Source: Clostridia bacterium
GTDB lineage: Bacteria > Bacillota > Clostridia > UMGS1840
Reading direction: 5' to 3'
Length of the DNA: 64,000 nucleotides
NCBI GenBank assembly: GCA_017625695.1
Contig: JAGAKI010000079.1
Coordinates: 2,312-66,311 of the forward strand
Numbering within the stretch: the stretch's first letter is position 1; every line of letters begins with the position of its first letter. The position numbers and the translations under genes are program-made. Positions 1 to 10,124 of the stretch are shown here, in pieces. Under the pieces are notes generated by a model that was given only the letters and a program-made list of their open reading frames with translations, searched no databases and was not told where the DNA came from.

Positions 1-1076
1 AGTTTTTTTCCACCGTTTCCGTAAAGAAGAATCTGCAAAAATTCCGGGTCCTGCTTGCCAATCGGTTTTGCCATGGAATAACCGTAGTGCTTACAGACAG
101 TTGCCAGCAGATTGTACGCAATACTGTCAGATTTGTCTGCCGAGTACCAACCGCTTCCCCGGATAGCACCGTCTAAAATGGATTTTTCGGGGTCAACCAC
201 CAGTGACGGGTCCACTTTCATCAGATGTCCGATGCCTCCGCATTCCGGACAGGCACCAAAGGGATTGTTGAAAGAAAAAGCACGGGGTGACAGTTCTTCC
301 ACCGAAATATCGCAATCAGGACAGGAATAGTTTAAGCTGTAGGTATTTTCTTTGCCTGAATCGTGTTCTGATAACGTCACCAGTCCGTCGGTTAAGCCGA
401 CTGCAGTTTCTATGGAATCGGTCAGACGGGAACGGATGTCCTCTTTGACCGCCATACGGTCTACCACGATTTCAACGGTATGCTTCTGATTTTTATCCAG
501 CTTGATTTCTTCGGCTAAATCATATTGATTACCGTCCACACGGACACGGATGAAACCGCTTTTCTTGGCTTTTTCCAAAACCTTCTGGTGTTCCCCTTTT
601 TTTCCCCGGATGACCGGTGCCAGAATGACAATTCTGGTTTTTTCGGGTAATTTTAAGATTTTATCCACAATCTGGTCGATGGTTTGCTTGTGAATTTCCT
701 TTCCGCAATTGGGACAATGGGGAATCCCGATGCGAGCGTACAACAGTCGCAGATAGTCGTAGATTTCTGTCACGGTACCCACGGTGGAACGGGGATTTTT
801 GGAGGTAGTTTTCTGGTCGATGGAAATGGCGGGAGAAAGCCCCTCAATCAAATCTGCCTGAGGTTTATCCATCTGTCCCAAAAACATCCGGGCATAAGAC
901 GACAAGGACTCCACGTATCGCCGTTGTCCTTCCGCATAGATGGTATCAAACGCAAGGGAAGATTTCCCCGAACCTGATACCCCGGTAAAGACCACCAGTT
1001 TGTCTCTTGGGATTTTTAAGTCGATATTTTTTAGGTTGTGTTCTTTGGCACCTTTGATATAGATATTATCTCTCAT
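1..1076 (-). CDS. uvrA: Excinuclease ABC subunit A, N-terminal part (runs off window start)
   Basis: Manual translation from CAT at 1074-1076 gives MRDNIYIKGAKEHNLKNID...TGVSGSGKSSLAFDTIYAEGQRRYVESLS, the UvrA N-terminus; lies downstream of uvrB. Confidence 0.97.
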   Translation of the reverse strand, partial: MRDNIYIKGAKEHNLKNIDLKIPRDKLVVFTGVSGSGKSSLAFDTIYAEGQRRYVESLSSYARMFLGQMDKPQADLIEGLSPAISIDQKTTSKNPRSTVGTVTEIYDYLRLLYARIGIPHCPNCGKEIHKQTIDQIVDKILKLPEKTRIVILAPVIRGKKGEHQKVLEKAKKSGFIRVRVDGNQYDLAEEIKLDKNQKHTVEIVVDRMAVKEDIRSRLTDSIETAVGLTDGLVTLSEHDSGKENTYSLNYSCPDCDISVEELSPRAFSFNNPFGACPECGGIGHLMKVDPSLVVDPEKSILDGAIRGSGWYSADKSDSIAYNLLATVCKHYGYSMAKPIGKQDPEFLQILLYGNGGKK

Positions 1077-1128
1077 ATTCGTTCCTCTTGGGATTTGATA
1101 AATTGCGCAAAATAAATGAATCTCATCG

Positions 1129-1305
1129 CTCGGCGTACACACGGTACGCCTTCGGATGACCCCTTCGGGTGAGATTTCTTCATTTTGCATCAATTTATCT
1201 GCATCTTGATTATTTTGGTATAGATTCTTAAATCACTGCAGACGATGAAAAAAGGAGACAGAATTCGGAAATTGAATCCCGAAGCTGTACTATGTGTACA
1301 GCGAG
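1129..1305. repeat. Two oppositely oriented copies of a CCGAAG-NNGTAC-loop-GTACNN-CGAG hairpin repeat
   Basis: Cores at 1129-1155 (minus) and 1279-1305 (plus); same core at 3480-3506, 44053-44078 and 44245-44270. Confidence 0.8.
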
Positions 1306-1341
1306 CGGTGAAATTCACGGGTTGTGTCCCTTTTTTCAAGT

Positions 1342-3312
1342 CTATGCTTGTAAATCTTTTATCTTATCCCGCAGTTCTGCCGCTTTTTCAAAGTCTAAGT
1401 TTTTCGCGGCTTTGTTCATTTCTTCGGTTAAACGGAGGATTTCTGTTTCCAGCCAACCGTTATCCAATGTTTCTTTTTTCTTCTTTTTCGACGGCAGTTC
1501 TGCCTTTTTGGTTGCTTCAATCACCGCACGGATGTCTTTTTTCACGGTCACAGGCACAATGCCGTGTTCTTCGTTGAATTTCTGTTGGATTTCCCGACGG
1601 CGGTTGGTTTCTTTGATGGCGTTTTCCATGGAATCGGTCAGAGTATCTGCATACATAATCACAGTTCCCTCCGCATTTCGTGCCGCTCTCCCGATCGTCT
1701 GAATCAAAGAGGTTTCACTTCGTAAGAACCCTTCTTTGTCTGCATCTAAAATGGCAACCAGAGATACTTCGGGCAAGTCTAACCCCTCACGGAGCAGATT
1801 GATGCCAACCAATACGTCAAATTCGCCCAATCGCAGGTCACGGATAATTTCCATACGTTCCATGGTGTCGATTTCCGAATGCAGATACCGCACACGAACG
1901 CCCGCCTCGGTGAAATAGTCGGTCAAATCCTCTGCCATTCGTTTGGTAAGAGTGGTTACCAGCACACGTTCCTTCTTTTCGGTACGCAAGTTAATTTCGG
2001 ATCGCAAATCGTCTATCTGCCCTGCGGTGGGTTTTACGAAAATTTCAGGGTCCAGAAGTCCTGTGGGACGAATGACCTGTTCCACAATTTGTGTAGAATG
2101 TTCCCGCTCGTATTCGGCGGGAGTTGCAGAAACAAACACCGCCTGATGGATTCTGTCGATGAATTCGTCAAAGTTTAAAGGACGGTTATCATATGCCGAG
2201 GGTAAGCGGAATCCATAGTCCACCAGAGAAGTTTTTCTGGCTCTGTCCCCTGCATACATCCCCCGCACCTGAGGAAGTGTTACGTGAGATTCATCCACTA
2301 CCAATAAGAAATCGTCGGGGAAATAGTCCAGTAAGGTGTAGGGAGCACTGCCCGGTTCTCTTCCGCTGATATGACGGGAATAGTTTTCAATCCCTTTGCA
2401 GAATCCAATTTCTGCCATCATTTCCAAATCGTAATTGGTACGTTCGGTAATTCGCTGTTTTTCAATCCATTTTTCTTTTTTATCAAAGAAATCAATTCGC
2501 TCTTCCAGTTCTTCTTCGATGGTTTTGATAGCACGTTTCATTTTGTCGTAGGAAGTGGCATAATGGGAAGCGGGAAATACAAAGATGTGTTCCCTCTCTC
2601 CCAGAATTTCGCCCGTAATGGGATTGATTTCGGTTAAGCGTTCCACTTCGTCTCCGAAAAACTCCACCCGAAGCACCATTTCGTTGGAGTTTGATGGAAA
2701 AATATCCAACACATCTCCATTCACACGGAAACATCCGCGATGAAAGTCGATGTGATTTCTCTCATACTGAATTTCGATGAGTTTCTTTAAAATTTCGTCA
2801 CGGTCTTTTTCCATTCCCCGGCGAAGAGATACACATAAATCGGTGTAGTCCTCCGGGTCCCCCAAACCGTAGATGCAGGAAACAGATGCCACGATGATGA
2901 CATCGGTCCGTTCAAATAAAGCGGTGGTGGCAGCGTGACGGAGCTTGTCAATTTCGTCGTTAATCTGAGAATCTTTTTCAATAAAGGTATCGGTACCGGG
3001 AAGATAGGCTTCCGGCTGATAATAGTCATAGTAACTCACAAAAAATTCCACCGCATTATCGGGAAAGAATTCCTTGAATTCACTACAGAGCTGGGCAGCT
3101 AAGGTTTTATTGTGTGCAAGGACCAGCGTGGGTTTTTGCACCTTTTCAATTACGTTGGCAATGGTAAAGGTTTTCCCGGAACCGGTAACGCCAAGCAAGG
3201 TCTGATATTTATCGTTTTGTAAGATTCCCCGGCTTAATTTTTCGATTGCCTGGGGTTGGTCCCCCTTTGGTTTCATATGGGACGCAATGCGAAAAGGTTT
3301 TTCTAATTTCAT
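1342..3312 (-). CDS. uvrB: Excinuclease ABC subunit B
   Basis: [42 protein letters not shown]-terminal UVR motif; ATG at 3312 with GGAGG RBS. Confidence 0.98.
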   Translation of the reverse strand: MKLEKPFRIASHMKPKGDQPQAIEKLSRGILQNDKYQTLLGVTGSGKTFTIANVIEKVQKPTLVLAHNKTLAAQLCSEFKEFFPDNAVEFFVSYYDYYQPEAYLPGTDTFIEKDSQINDEIDKLRHAATTALFERTDVIIVASVSCIYGLGDPEDYTDLCVSLRRGMEKDRDEILKKLIEIQYERNHIDFHRGCFRVNGDVLDIFPSNSNEMVLRVEFFGDEVERLTEINPITGEILGEREHIFVFPASHYATSYDKMKRAIKTIEEELEERIDFFDKKEKWIEKQRITERTNYDLEMMAEIGFCKGIENYSRHISGREPGSAPYTLLDYFPDDFLLVVDESHVTLPQVRGMYAGDRARKTSLVDYGFRLPSAYDNRPLNFDEFIDRIHQAVFVSATPAEYEREHSTQIVEQVIRPTGLLDPEIFVKPTAGQIDDLRSEINLRTEKKERVLVTTLTKRMAEDLTDYFTEAGVRVRYLHSEIDTMERMEIIRDLRLGEFDVLVGINLLREGLDLPEVSLVAILDADKEGFLRSETSLIQTIGRAARNAEGTVIMYADTLTDSMENAIKETNRRREIQQKFNEEHGIVPVTVKKDIRAVIEATKKAELPSKKKKKETLDNGWLETEILRLTEEMNKAAKNLDFEKAAELRDKIKDLQA

Positions 3313-3456
3313 ATCAGCACCTCCTCTCTTCGGCACAATAAGGGCAATCGGTGATGCCGAAAGCCCTTATGTGAGTGAATCATTTTGAAAGCAGGCAAAG
3401 CCTGCATCGGATAGAGCATTGCTCATAGGGAAAATGAAAAATTGTTCAGAATTTAC

Positions 3457-3517
3457 GAATGAAACCCGCAGGGAAGTTCCCGAAGCCGTACCGAGTGTAC
3501 GGCGAGTGGTTTCATTC
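3457..3517 (+). repeat. GTAC-hairpin repeat copy with outer stem GAATGAAACC...GGTTTCATTC
   Basis: ccgaag-ccgtac-cgagt-gtacgg-cgag at 3480-3506. Confidence 0.75.
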
Positions 3518-3534
3518 GGGGATTCTGGGCGATT

Positions 3535-4422
3535 TTATCCATTTTTCGTAATCTTCTGGAACATAAGTCCAACTAACCCCGGTCCGATATGAACGCCAAT
3601 GGTAGACCCTACCTGGTCAATGTGAATTTCTTCGCCGGGGAAGTTTTTGTGTACCATTTCTACAAATTCGTCATAGTATTCCGCTTTGGTGGAGTAAACA
3701 ATCATATAGCGGTAACCGCCTTCTTTGGTGGCGTCTTTCACCAGATCCATAATGCGGGTCATGGCTTTTTTAATGCCGCGGATTTTTTCTGCCGGTGCTA
3801 CCAAACCGTCTTTTACGGTGAGGATGGGTTTGATGTCCAAAATGGTTCCCAAAAGGGCGGATGCACCGGCGATTCTGCCGCCACGTTTTAAATATTCCAA
3901 GGTACCGTTTACCAAAAAAATATTATTGGAGCGGCAGCAATTTTCAATGATTTTCACCACTTCGTCGGCAGAAGCACCGTTTTCGTAAGCGGTAATACCG
4001 TCTTTGATGGCATAGTAATAACAAATGGTATAAAATTTGGAGTCGATTAAGCGGACATCTAATTTGATGCCGTCCTCTTCCAGATTTTTGAGAGCGATTC
4101 TTACGTTGTTGTAGGTGGGACTGCCCGCAGAGGAAATACAAGTGAAAATGTAGGTATCATATTCATTTTTTGCCGCCAGTTCCCGAAAATATTCTTCAAT
4201 GGCAAAGGCAGTGACCTGAGATGTCGACACATTTCCTTTGTTTTCTTCCATAAAGGCAAACACTTCATCGGAGGTGATATCCACCCCGTCATAGTATTCC
4301 AGCACTTCGCCGCTATGAGGTTTTAAATAGACATGAAAGGGCAAAACATCAATGTTTTTCTCCTTTACATACTCCTTTGGAATATCTGCTGCAGAGTCGG
4401 TAATAAACTTAATTTTTGCCAT
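3535..4422 (-). CDS. DegV family fatty-acid-binding protein
   Basis: ITDSAAD N-terminus, STSQ, LEYLKRGGRI, KPIL, HIGPG motifs. Confidence 0.93.
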   Translation of the reverse strand: MAKIKFITDSAADIPKEYVKEKNIDVLPFHVYLKPHSGEVLEYYDGVDITSDEVFAFMEENKGNVSTSQVTAFAIEEYFRELAAKNEYDTYIFTCISSAGSPTYNNVRIALKNLEEDGIKLDVRLIDSKFYTICYYYAIKDGITAYENGASADEVVKIIENCCRSNNIFLVNGTLEYLKRGGRIAGASALLGTILDIKPILTVKDGLVAPAEKIRGIKKAMTRIMDLVKDATKEGGYRYMIVYSTKAEYYDEFVEMVHKNFPGEEIHIDQVGSTIGVHIGPGLVGLMFQKITKNG

Positions 4423-4439
4423 TTTCCTCTGTCCTTTCT

Positions 4440-4655
4440 TTAGGATTGTACGGTGATTTCGTAATTTTCAAACACAACTACATCGCCGGAGCGAAGCTTT
4501 TTTCCCCGACGGGTTTCACATTCACCGTTGACGGTTACCAGTCCGTCTACAATAACATATTTGGCTTCCCCGCCGGTAGCAACGATGTTTTCGGCTTTTA
4601 AAAGATTTTGCAGAGTGATGAATTCATCCCGCAGAATAAATGTAATCTTTTCCAT
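4440..4655 (-). CDS. S4-domain RNA-binding protein (YaaA-like)
   Basis: FITLQNLLK..TGGEAK..VNGECETRRGKKL. Confidence 0.9.
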   Translation of the reverse strand: MEKITFILRDEFITLQNLLKAENIVATGGEAKYVIVDGLVTVNGECETRRGKKLRSGDVVVFENYEITVQS

Positions 4656-4657
4656 AA

Positions 4658-6148
4658 TTATTTTCCTTTTTGTTGTAATACTTCTTCTAACGTTTCAGTG
4701 ATAATTTTCAGCACTTCAATCCGGGCGTAACGCTTGTCATCTCCGGCAATTAAGTGCCAGGGTGCAATTTTGGTATGGGTTTTATCGATCATTTTCTCAA
4801 TCGTGCAAAGATAATCATCCCATTTTTCACGGTTGCGGAAATCTTCGTCGGTGAGCTTCCAAGCTTTCTGGGGATTTTCCCGACGGTCTTCAAACCGTTT
4901 TAATTGCTCCTCTTTTGAAATATGCAGAAAAAACTTGATGATGGTGATACCGCTTCCTACCAGATGTTTTTCCATATCATTAATTTCAAAAAATGCACGG
5001 TCGTATTCTTTCTGGGTACAGAAGCCTTCTACCGCTTCCACCATCACTCTGCCGTACCAGCTACGGTCAAAAATAGCAATATGTCCGGTTTTGGGGAAGT
5101 TCTTCCAGAACCGCCACAGATAATGATGAGCCAGCTCCTCCTTGGTGGGAGCAGGAGTGGAAAATACCTGATATCCACGGGGGTCCAGTGCAGTGGTTAA
5201 GCGTTTGATGGCTCCGCCCTTACCGCCGGCATCCCATCCTTCAAATACAATGATAACAGGTTTTTTCTTCAGATAAAGACGGTTATGCAGATGCTCTAAC
5301 TTTTCCTGATAGCAGGCAAGCTTCTGCTGATAGTCTTTTTTGTCTAATTTTAAGGACAAATCCACCGAGTCTAAGTAATTGGTGGCAATATGACGGTCCA
5401 GGATAGGACGGGGAGACTTGGTTTCCTGTTTCTTTAACGCAATTTTCTTTTCCAGCTCGGTGATTAAAATTTCAAAAATCCGCAACGTTGCATAGGTAAT
5501 GTCATTGGCGTTAACCAAATGCCAGGGTGCATTTTCCTTGTCAGTTCTTTCAATAATTTTTTCCGAAACCTCACGGTATTTTTCGTATTGCTTGTTATGC
5601 TTCAAATCGTCCTTGGAAACACGCCACGCAGTTTCTTTGGATTCCATCAGTTCTTTCAGGCGGTTCTTCTGCTCTTCTTTGGAAATATGCACAAAGAATT
5701 TGATCAGCAGATTATCGTCATCTGTCAGCAGTTTTTCAAATGCATTGATTTCATCCAGATCGTGATAGAAACGACCGGTTTTTACCTTTTTGTCAATATG
5801 GTCATTGAGGACACGGCGGTACCAGCTACGGTCAAAAATGGCGATTCTGCCCTTTTCGGGAGTTTTGGTGATAAAACGCCACAGAAATGGATAACGGCTT
5901 TCTTCCTCGCTTTCATCCTTGATGGTATACACGGTGAAGCCACGGGGGTCCAAAGGAAGGATGAAATGGTTAATCAGCTGTCCTTTCCCGGAAGCACCCC
6001 AGCCTTCCATTACGATAATGACGGGAATCTCCAAAGCTCTTGCTTCCCGTTGCAATGTGGCAAGACGCTCCTGATAGCCTTCCAGTTTCTTTTTTAATTC
6101 TTTGGGAGAATCGGTGGTTAAGGTAAGAGTTTCACATTTTTTGAGCAT
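4658..6148 (-). CDS. pap: Polyphosphate:AMP phosphotransferase (two-domain PPK2 family)
   Basis: Two PPK2 domains: EGWGASGKG / EGWDAGGKGG, FDRSWY twice, HISKEEQ twice. Confidence 0.88.
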   Translation of the reverse strand: MLKKCETLTLTTDSPKELKKKLEGYQERLATLQREARALEIPVIIVMEGWGASGKGQLINHFILPLDPRGFTVYTIKDESEEESRYPFLWRFITKTPEKGRIAIFDRSWYRRVLNDHIDKKVKTGRFYHDLDEINAFEKLLTDDDNLLIKFFVHISKEEQKNRLKELMESKETAWRVSKDDLKHNKQYEKYREVSEKIIERTDKENAPWHLVNANDITYATLRIFEILITELEKKIALKKQETKSPRPILDRHIATNYLDSVDLSLKLDKKDYQQKLACYQEKLEHLHNRLYLKKKPVIIVFEGWDAGGKGGAIKRLTTALDPRGYQVFSTPAPTKEELAHHYLWRFWKNFPKTGHIAIFDRSWYGRVMVEAVEGFCTQKEYDRAFFEINDMEKHLVGSGITIIKFFLHISKEEQLKRFEDRRENPQKAWKLTDEDFRNREKWDDYLCTIEKMIDKTHTKIAPWHLIAGDDKRYARIEVLKIITETLEEVLQQKGK

Positions 6149-6254
6149 ATTGATACCTGCTTTCCATAGTTGTCAGTCTAAGTGGTGAATTGTGTACTGT
6201 CAAAGGCATTTTGAATCGGGATATCAGCTATGAAAGCCTTTTTGTCTCCCGTAT

Positions 6255-6384
6255 TATCGATAAACACGCTTTGCGTGTTCGATATGCTATCAATCTCGTT
6301 GCGTCAGCAACATATCGAGTGCGACAGCACATATCGAATCCCCTGGGATTTATCGACTATCTCGCCAGAGATTGATATCGAGTG
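6255..6384. repeat. Array of short unrelated hairpins joined by (A/T)TATCGA linkers
   Basis: gttgc-gtca-gcaac, gtgc-gaca-gcac, atccc-ct-gggat and atctc-gcca-gagat, each followed by a tatcga linker. Confidence 0.7.
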
Positions 6385-6472
6385 TTTTTTGATTGCATCA
6401 AAAAACACATACAACCTACTTTATAACAAAGGGACAACACCCTCAAAGCCTTGGGGGCGTTGTCCCTCGTGA

Positions 6473-7672
6473 TTAGTCAGTTAAATTTGCAACGAAACGT
6501 GCTAAGCGTTCCATTCCTTTTTCAATGCTTTCCATACCGGTTGCATAGGACCAACGGCAGAAATCGTCAGCACCGAAGCCGGAGCCGGGCACCAATGCCA
6601 CCAGTTCTTTTTCCAACAGCAGAGAACAGAAATCATCGGAAGTATGGATGGTTACACCTTCGTATTTTTTGCCCTTTACTGCCGAAATATTCATCATAAT
6701 GTAGAACGCACCTTTGGGCATTCTGCAGGAAAGGCCGGGAATGGCATTGATTTTTTCGTACATGTAATTTTTACGTTCTTCAAAGTGTTTTTTCATATTA
6801 TAAACACAGTCTAACGAACCATCCAACGCTGCACAAGCTGCTGCCTGGGCAATGGAGTTGGGATTGGAAGTAGCGTGGGACTGGATGTTTGCCATTACCT
6901 TTGCTAAGTTCTCTTCACAGGCGGTATAGCCGATCCGCCAGCCGGTCATGGCATAGGTTTTGGAAACGGCGTTTACGGTAACTGTCAGTTTTTTGATTTC
7001 TTCGCCCAACGTTGCAATAGAAACGGTGTCACCTTCGTAAATCAAATGTTCATACACTTCATCGGAAATGACTACCAACTGTTTTTCGACACAGAAATCT
7101 GCAATTTTCTGCAGTTCTTCTTTGGAATATACGGAACCTGTGGGGTTGGAGGGACTGCACAGAATCACCGCTACGGTTTTATCGGTCACTTTTTCTGCCA
7201 GCTCTTCCACAGTGAATTTGAAATCGTTTTCTTCGGTGGTATTTAAAATGACAGGAACCCCGTCTGCCAGCTTCACCATTTCGGGATAGCTTACCCAATA
7301 GGGTGCAGGAACGATGACTTCATCGCCGGGGTCACAAATCGCCATAAAGATGTTGGTTAAGGAATGTTTTGCCCCATTGGAGATTACGATGTTTTTTACT
7401 TCGTAATCCAGATTGTTTTCCCGTTTCAATTTTCTGACGATTGCCTGCTTTAAGGCAGGGGTACCGGAAGCGGGAGTATATTTGGTCATCCCTTTGGATA
7501 ATGCTTCAATTGCTGCTTGCTTGATATGGTCGGGCGTATCAAAATCGGGTTCGCCGGTTCCGAAGCCAACCGCATCTATGCCTTCCGCTTTCATCGCTTT
7601 GAATTTGGAATCAATTGCCAGAGTGGGAGATGCAGAAACTGCACCGCCTTTTTTACTGATTTTAATTTCCAT
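6473..7672 (-). CDS. PLP-dependent class I/II aminotransferase (aspartate aminotransferase-like)
   Basis: GEPDFDTP, SPSNPTG, SDEVY, SKTYAMTGWRIGY. Confidence 0.93.
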   Translation of the reverse strand: MEIKISKKGGAVSASPTLAIDSKFKAMKAEGIDAVGFGTGEPDFDTPDHIKQAAIEALSKGMTKYTPASGTPALKQAIVRKLKRENNLDYEVKNIVISNGAKHSLTNIFMAICDPGDEVIVPAPYWVSYPEMVKLADGVPVILNTTEENDFKFTVEELAEKVTDKTVAVILCSPSNPTGSVYSKEELQKIADFCVEKQLVVISDEVYEHLIYEGDTVSIATLGEEIKKLTVTVNAVSKTYAMTGWRIGYTACEENLAKVMANIQSHATSNPNSIAQAAACAALDGSLDCVYNMKKHFEERKNYMYEKINAIPGLSCRMPKGAFYIMMNISAVKGKKYEGVTIHTSDDFCSLLLEKELVALVPGSGFGADDFCRWSYATGMESIEKGMERLARFVANLTD

Positions 7673-8026
7673 TGTAATTTATCTCCATTCTGTTGCGTAA
7701 GCGGGAACTTCTCTTCCCAAATAGAATCCCAAAATATGCAACTTTTTTCTTTTCAAATTTCAAACCGGATTCTATTTTACTATATTATATCAAAAAAATC
7801 AAGGGCTTGTGAAAGAATTTTGCAATTTTTTTAAATTTTTCCGTCATTTTTATATTGGGGTGAAATTTGCTTTCTGAAAACTTCCGGTTCCGGATTGATT
7901 TCACAGCTTGTCCCAATTCTTTTATTATAACAGAGAAATCCCGATTTGTAAACAAATTTACATCAATTTTATTGATTCTTTTTTCCGTTTGTGGTAAACT
8001 ATGAAAAAAGAAGGAGGCGGATATTT

Positions 8027-8905
8027 GTGAACGTACTGGCATTTGGTGAGATTCTGTTTGACTGTTATCCCACAGCGGATAAAATCGGCGGCGCTCCCTT
8101 TAATTTTTCAGCACATCTGGCACAGCTTGGAGCTTCAGTTTTCCTGTACAGTGCGGTAGGGGACGATGCTTTGGGAAAAAAAGCAATCCATCTTGCAAAA
8201 GAGTACGGTGTCAATACCGGGTATCTTGCGGTGTGTGCTGACTATCCCACCGGAATCTGCAAAGTAACCTACCGTGGTACGGAACCCGACTATGATTTAC
8301 GCCAGGAAAGTGCTTACGACCATATTCCGTCGCCCGAACCTCTTTTTGGTAAATCCTTTGATGTGCTGTATTTCGGAACTCTTGCCTGTCGCAACGAAAC
8401 ATCCAAAGCCTCGTTACGCCGGTTGCAGCAGAACTGTCGGTTTGAAACGGTGTTTTTTGATATGAATCTCCGGCAGAATTATTATTCAAAAGCTTTGGTA
8501 AAAGAGGGCCTTGTGGCGGCAGACATTGTAAAAATGAACCGGGAAGAATTTTCCTATGTGAAAGAAATTTCAAACATTTCCGATTCTGACATAGCATCCG
8601 CTCTTCATAAAATCTGTCAGAGGTATGAAATCAAAACCGCAATTCTCACCTTAGACAGCGACGGTGCCTGCGTATGGGATAACACAGACGGATTCCAAAG
8701 CGTTCCGGCAAAGGCGACAGAATTTGTATCTGCCGTAGGTGCGGGAGACAGCTTTTGTGCTTGCTTTTTGTATCATTATAAGATGGGGCATCCCCTTTCG
8801 GTTTGTCTGGAAAAAGCATCTCTGTTAGCGGGATTTGTGGTGTCACGGGAGGAAGCAATCCCCCTTTGCTCAAAAGATTTCTTAAAAAATTTGCAGACAA
8901 TCTGA
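8027..8905 (+). CDS. PfkB family carbohydrate kinase (fructokinase-like)
   Basis: AFGEILFD, GGAPFN, FFDMNLR, AVGAGDSF; GTG start after AAGGAGG. Confidence 0.9.
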   Translation: MNVLAFGEILFDCYPTADKIGGAPFNFSAHLAQLGASVFLYSAVGDDALGKKAIHLAKEYGVNTGYLAVCADYPTGICKVTYRGTEPDYDLRQESAYDHIPSPEPLFGKSFDVLYFGTLACRNETSKASLRRLQQNCRFETVFFDMNLRQNYYSKALVKEGLVAADIVKMNREEFSYVKEISNISDSDIASALHKICQRYEIKTAILTLDSDGACVWDNTDGFQSVPAKATEFVSAVGAGDSFCACFLYHYKMGHPLSVCLEKASLLAGFVVSREEAIPLCSKDFLKNLQTI

Positions 8906-9096
8906 AAAACGCATATTCAAAAAGTGAAGAAAACAAGAGAAAATAAGAGAAAACAAGAGAAAACTATTTTTAGATTGAAAAATTTATGAAAAATGGTTGA
9001 CAAATGAGAAATCTTCTTGTATAATGAATCACGTTCGTAAAAAACGGACACCAAATACGATTAAAATAAAGATTAATATAAACTCGGAGGTTTCTT

Positions 9097-9528
9097 ATGA
9101 AAGATACTTATCTTGCAAAAGCAGGACAGACCGAAGCAAAATGGTACATTGTTGACGCTGCAGATATGCCCTTAGGTAGAACCGCTGCGAAAGTTGCTTC
9201 CATTTTAAGAGGAAAACATCGTCCTGAATTCACTCCCAACGTTGACCTGGGAGACCATGTTATCGTTATCAACGCTGAAAAAGCGGTATTAACCGGTAAC
9301 AAACTGAAAAATAAAATCTACTACAGACACACCGGTTACATCGGCGGCTTAAAAGCAGTTCCCTACGAAAAGCTGATGGCTGAAAATCCGGAAAAAGCTA
9401 TGATGCTGGCAATCAAAGGCATGCTGCCCCACAACTCTCTGGGCAGAAAAATGGCTACCAAAGTTAGAATTTACAAAGGTTCTGAACATGAAAATCAGGC
9501 TCAGAAACCCGAAGTATACAACGGTTAA
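9097..9528 (+). CDS. rplM: 50S ribosomal protein L13
   Basis: [36 protein letters not shown]. Confidence 0.99.
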   Translation: MKDTYLAKAGQTEAKWYIVDAADMPLGRTAAKVASILRGKHRPEFTPNVDLGDHVIVINAEKAVLTGNKLKNKIYYRHTGYIGGLKAVPYEKLMAENPEKAMMLAIKGMLPHNSLGRKMATKVRIYKGSEHENQAQKPEVYNG

Positions 9529-9545
9529 TAGGGAGGATTTAAGAT

Positions 9546-9944
9546 ATGGCTAAAAATTTAGAAGTATATCTTGGCACCGGCAGAAGAAAAAGCTCTGTAG
9601 CAAGAGTTCGTCTGGTTCCCGGTAAAGGTAACATCACCATCAATAAAAGAGATATTGACGATTATTTCGGTCTGGAAACCTTAAAATTAGTTGTTAGACA
9701 GCCCCTGAACTTAACCGCAACCGCAGGTCAGTTTGACGTTATCGTTAACGTATTCGGCGGCGGTGTTTCCGGTCAGGCTGGTGCAATCAGACACGGTATC
9801 ACCAGAGCGTTAATCAACTTCAACGCTGATTTGAAATCCGACCTGAAAAAAGCTGGTTTCGTAACCCGTGACCCGCGTATGAAGGAAAGAAAGAAATACG
9901 GCTTGAAAGCAGCTCGTCGTGCACCTCAGTTCTCAAAACGATAA
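9546..9944 (+). CDS. rpsI: 30S ribosomal protein S9
   Basis: [45 protein letters not shown]. Confidence 0.99.
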   Translation: MAKNLEVYLGTGRRKSSVARVRLVPGKGNITINKRDIDDYFGLETLKLVVRQPLNLTATAGQFDVIVNVFGGGVSGQAGAIRHGITRALINFNADLKSDLKKAGFVTRDPRMKERKKYGLKAARRAPQFSKR

Positions 9945-9960
9945 AAAAATTCAGTTTTTT

Positions 9961-9993
9961 ATTCCCACAAACCCAGTGTTTGTGGGAATTTTT
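9961..9993 (+). terminator. Hairpin terminator after rpsI (inside the element)
   Basis: attcccacaaac-ccagt-gtttgtgggaat followed by a T run. Confidence 0.7.
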
Positions 9994-10044
9994 CAGTTTT
10001 AAAGAACCGATAAAAACACATAAAAACTCATTAGTGACACACAA

Positions 10045-10061
10045 AAGATATACAAGTGATA
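10045..10061 (+). promoter_or_regulatory. Probable integrase arm-type site (left end)
   Basis: aagatatacaagtgata repeated exactly at 23248-23264, near the other end of the element. Confidence 0.65.
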
Positions 10062-10124
10062 CACACAAAAAAGCAAGCAAAAAACCAGGATTGAATCATC
10101 TTCAGTTCCTGGTTTTTATATAGC

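Noticed and set aside
112-977. Plus-strand ORFs 112-330 and 684-977
   Set aside because: Antisense shadows of uvrA, which the ORF track missed because it runs off the window
3437-3448. Possible LexA (GAAC-N4-GTTC) box upstream of uvrB
   Set aside because: Only one half-site matches (gaaaaattgttc) and it lies within repeat-derived sequence
6190-6472. ORFs 6190-6375 and 6230-6472, or a mini-CRISPR
   Set aside because: ORFs lack an RBS and overlay the hairpin array; the 6-7-nt linkers are far too short for CRISPR repeats and no cas genes are present
10045-10061. 17-bp perfect repeat as the att core
   Set aside because: An rpsI-like 3' end at 23306-23320 lies outside the second copy, fitting a core in rpsI with the 17-mers as arm sites; not proven
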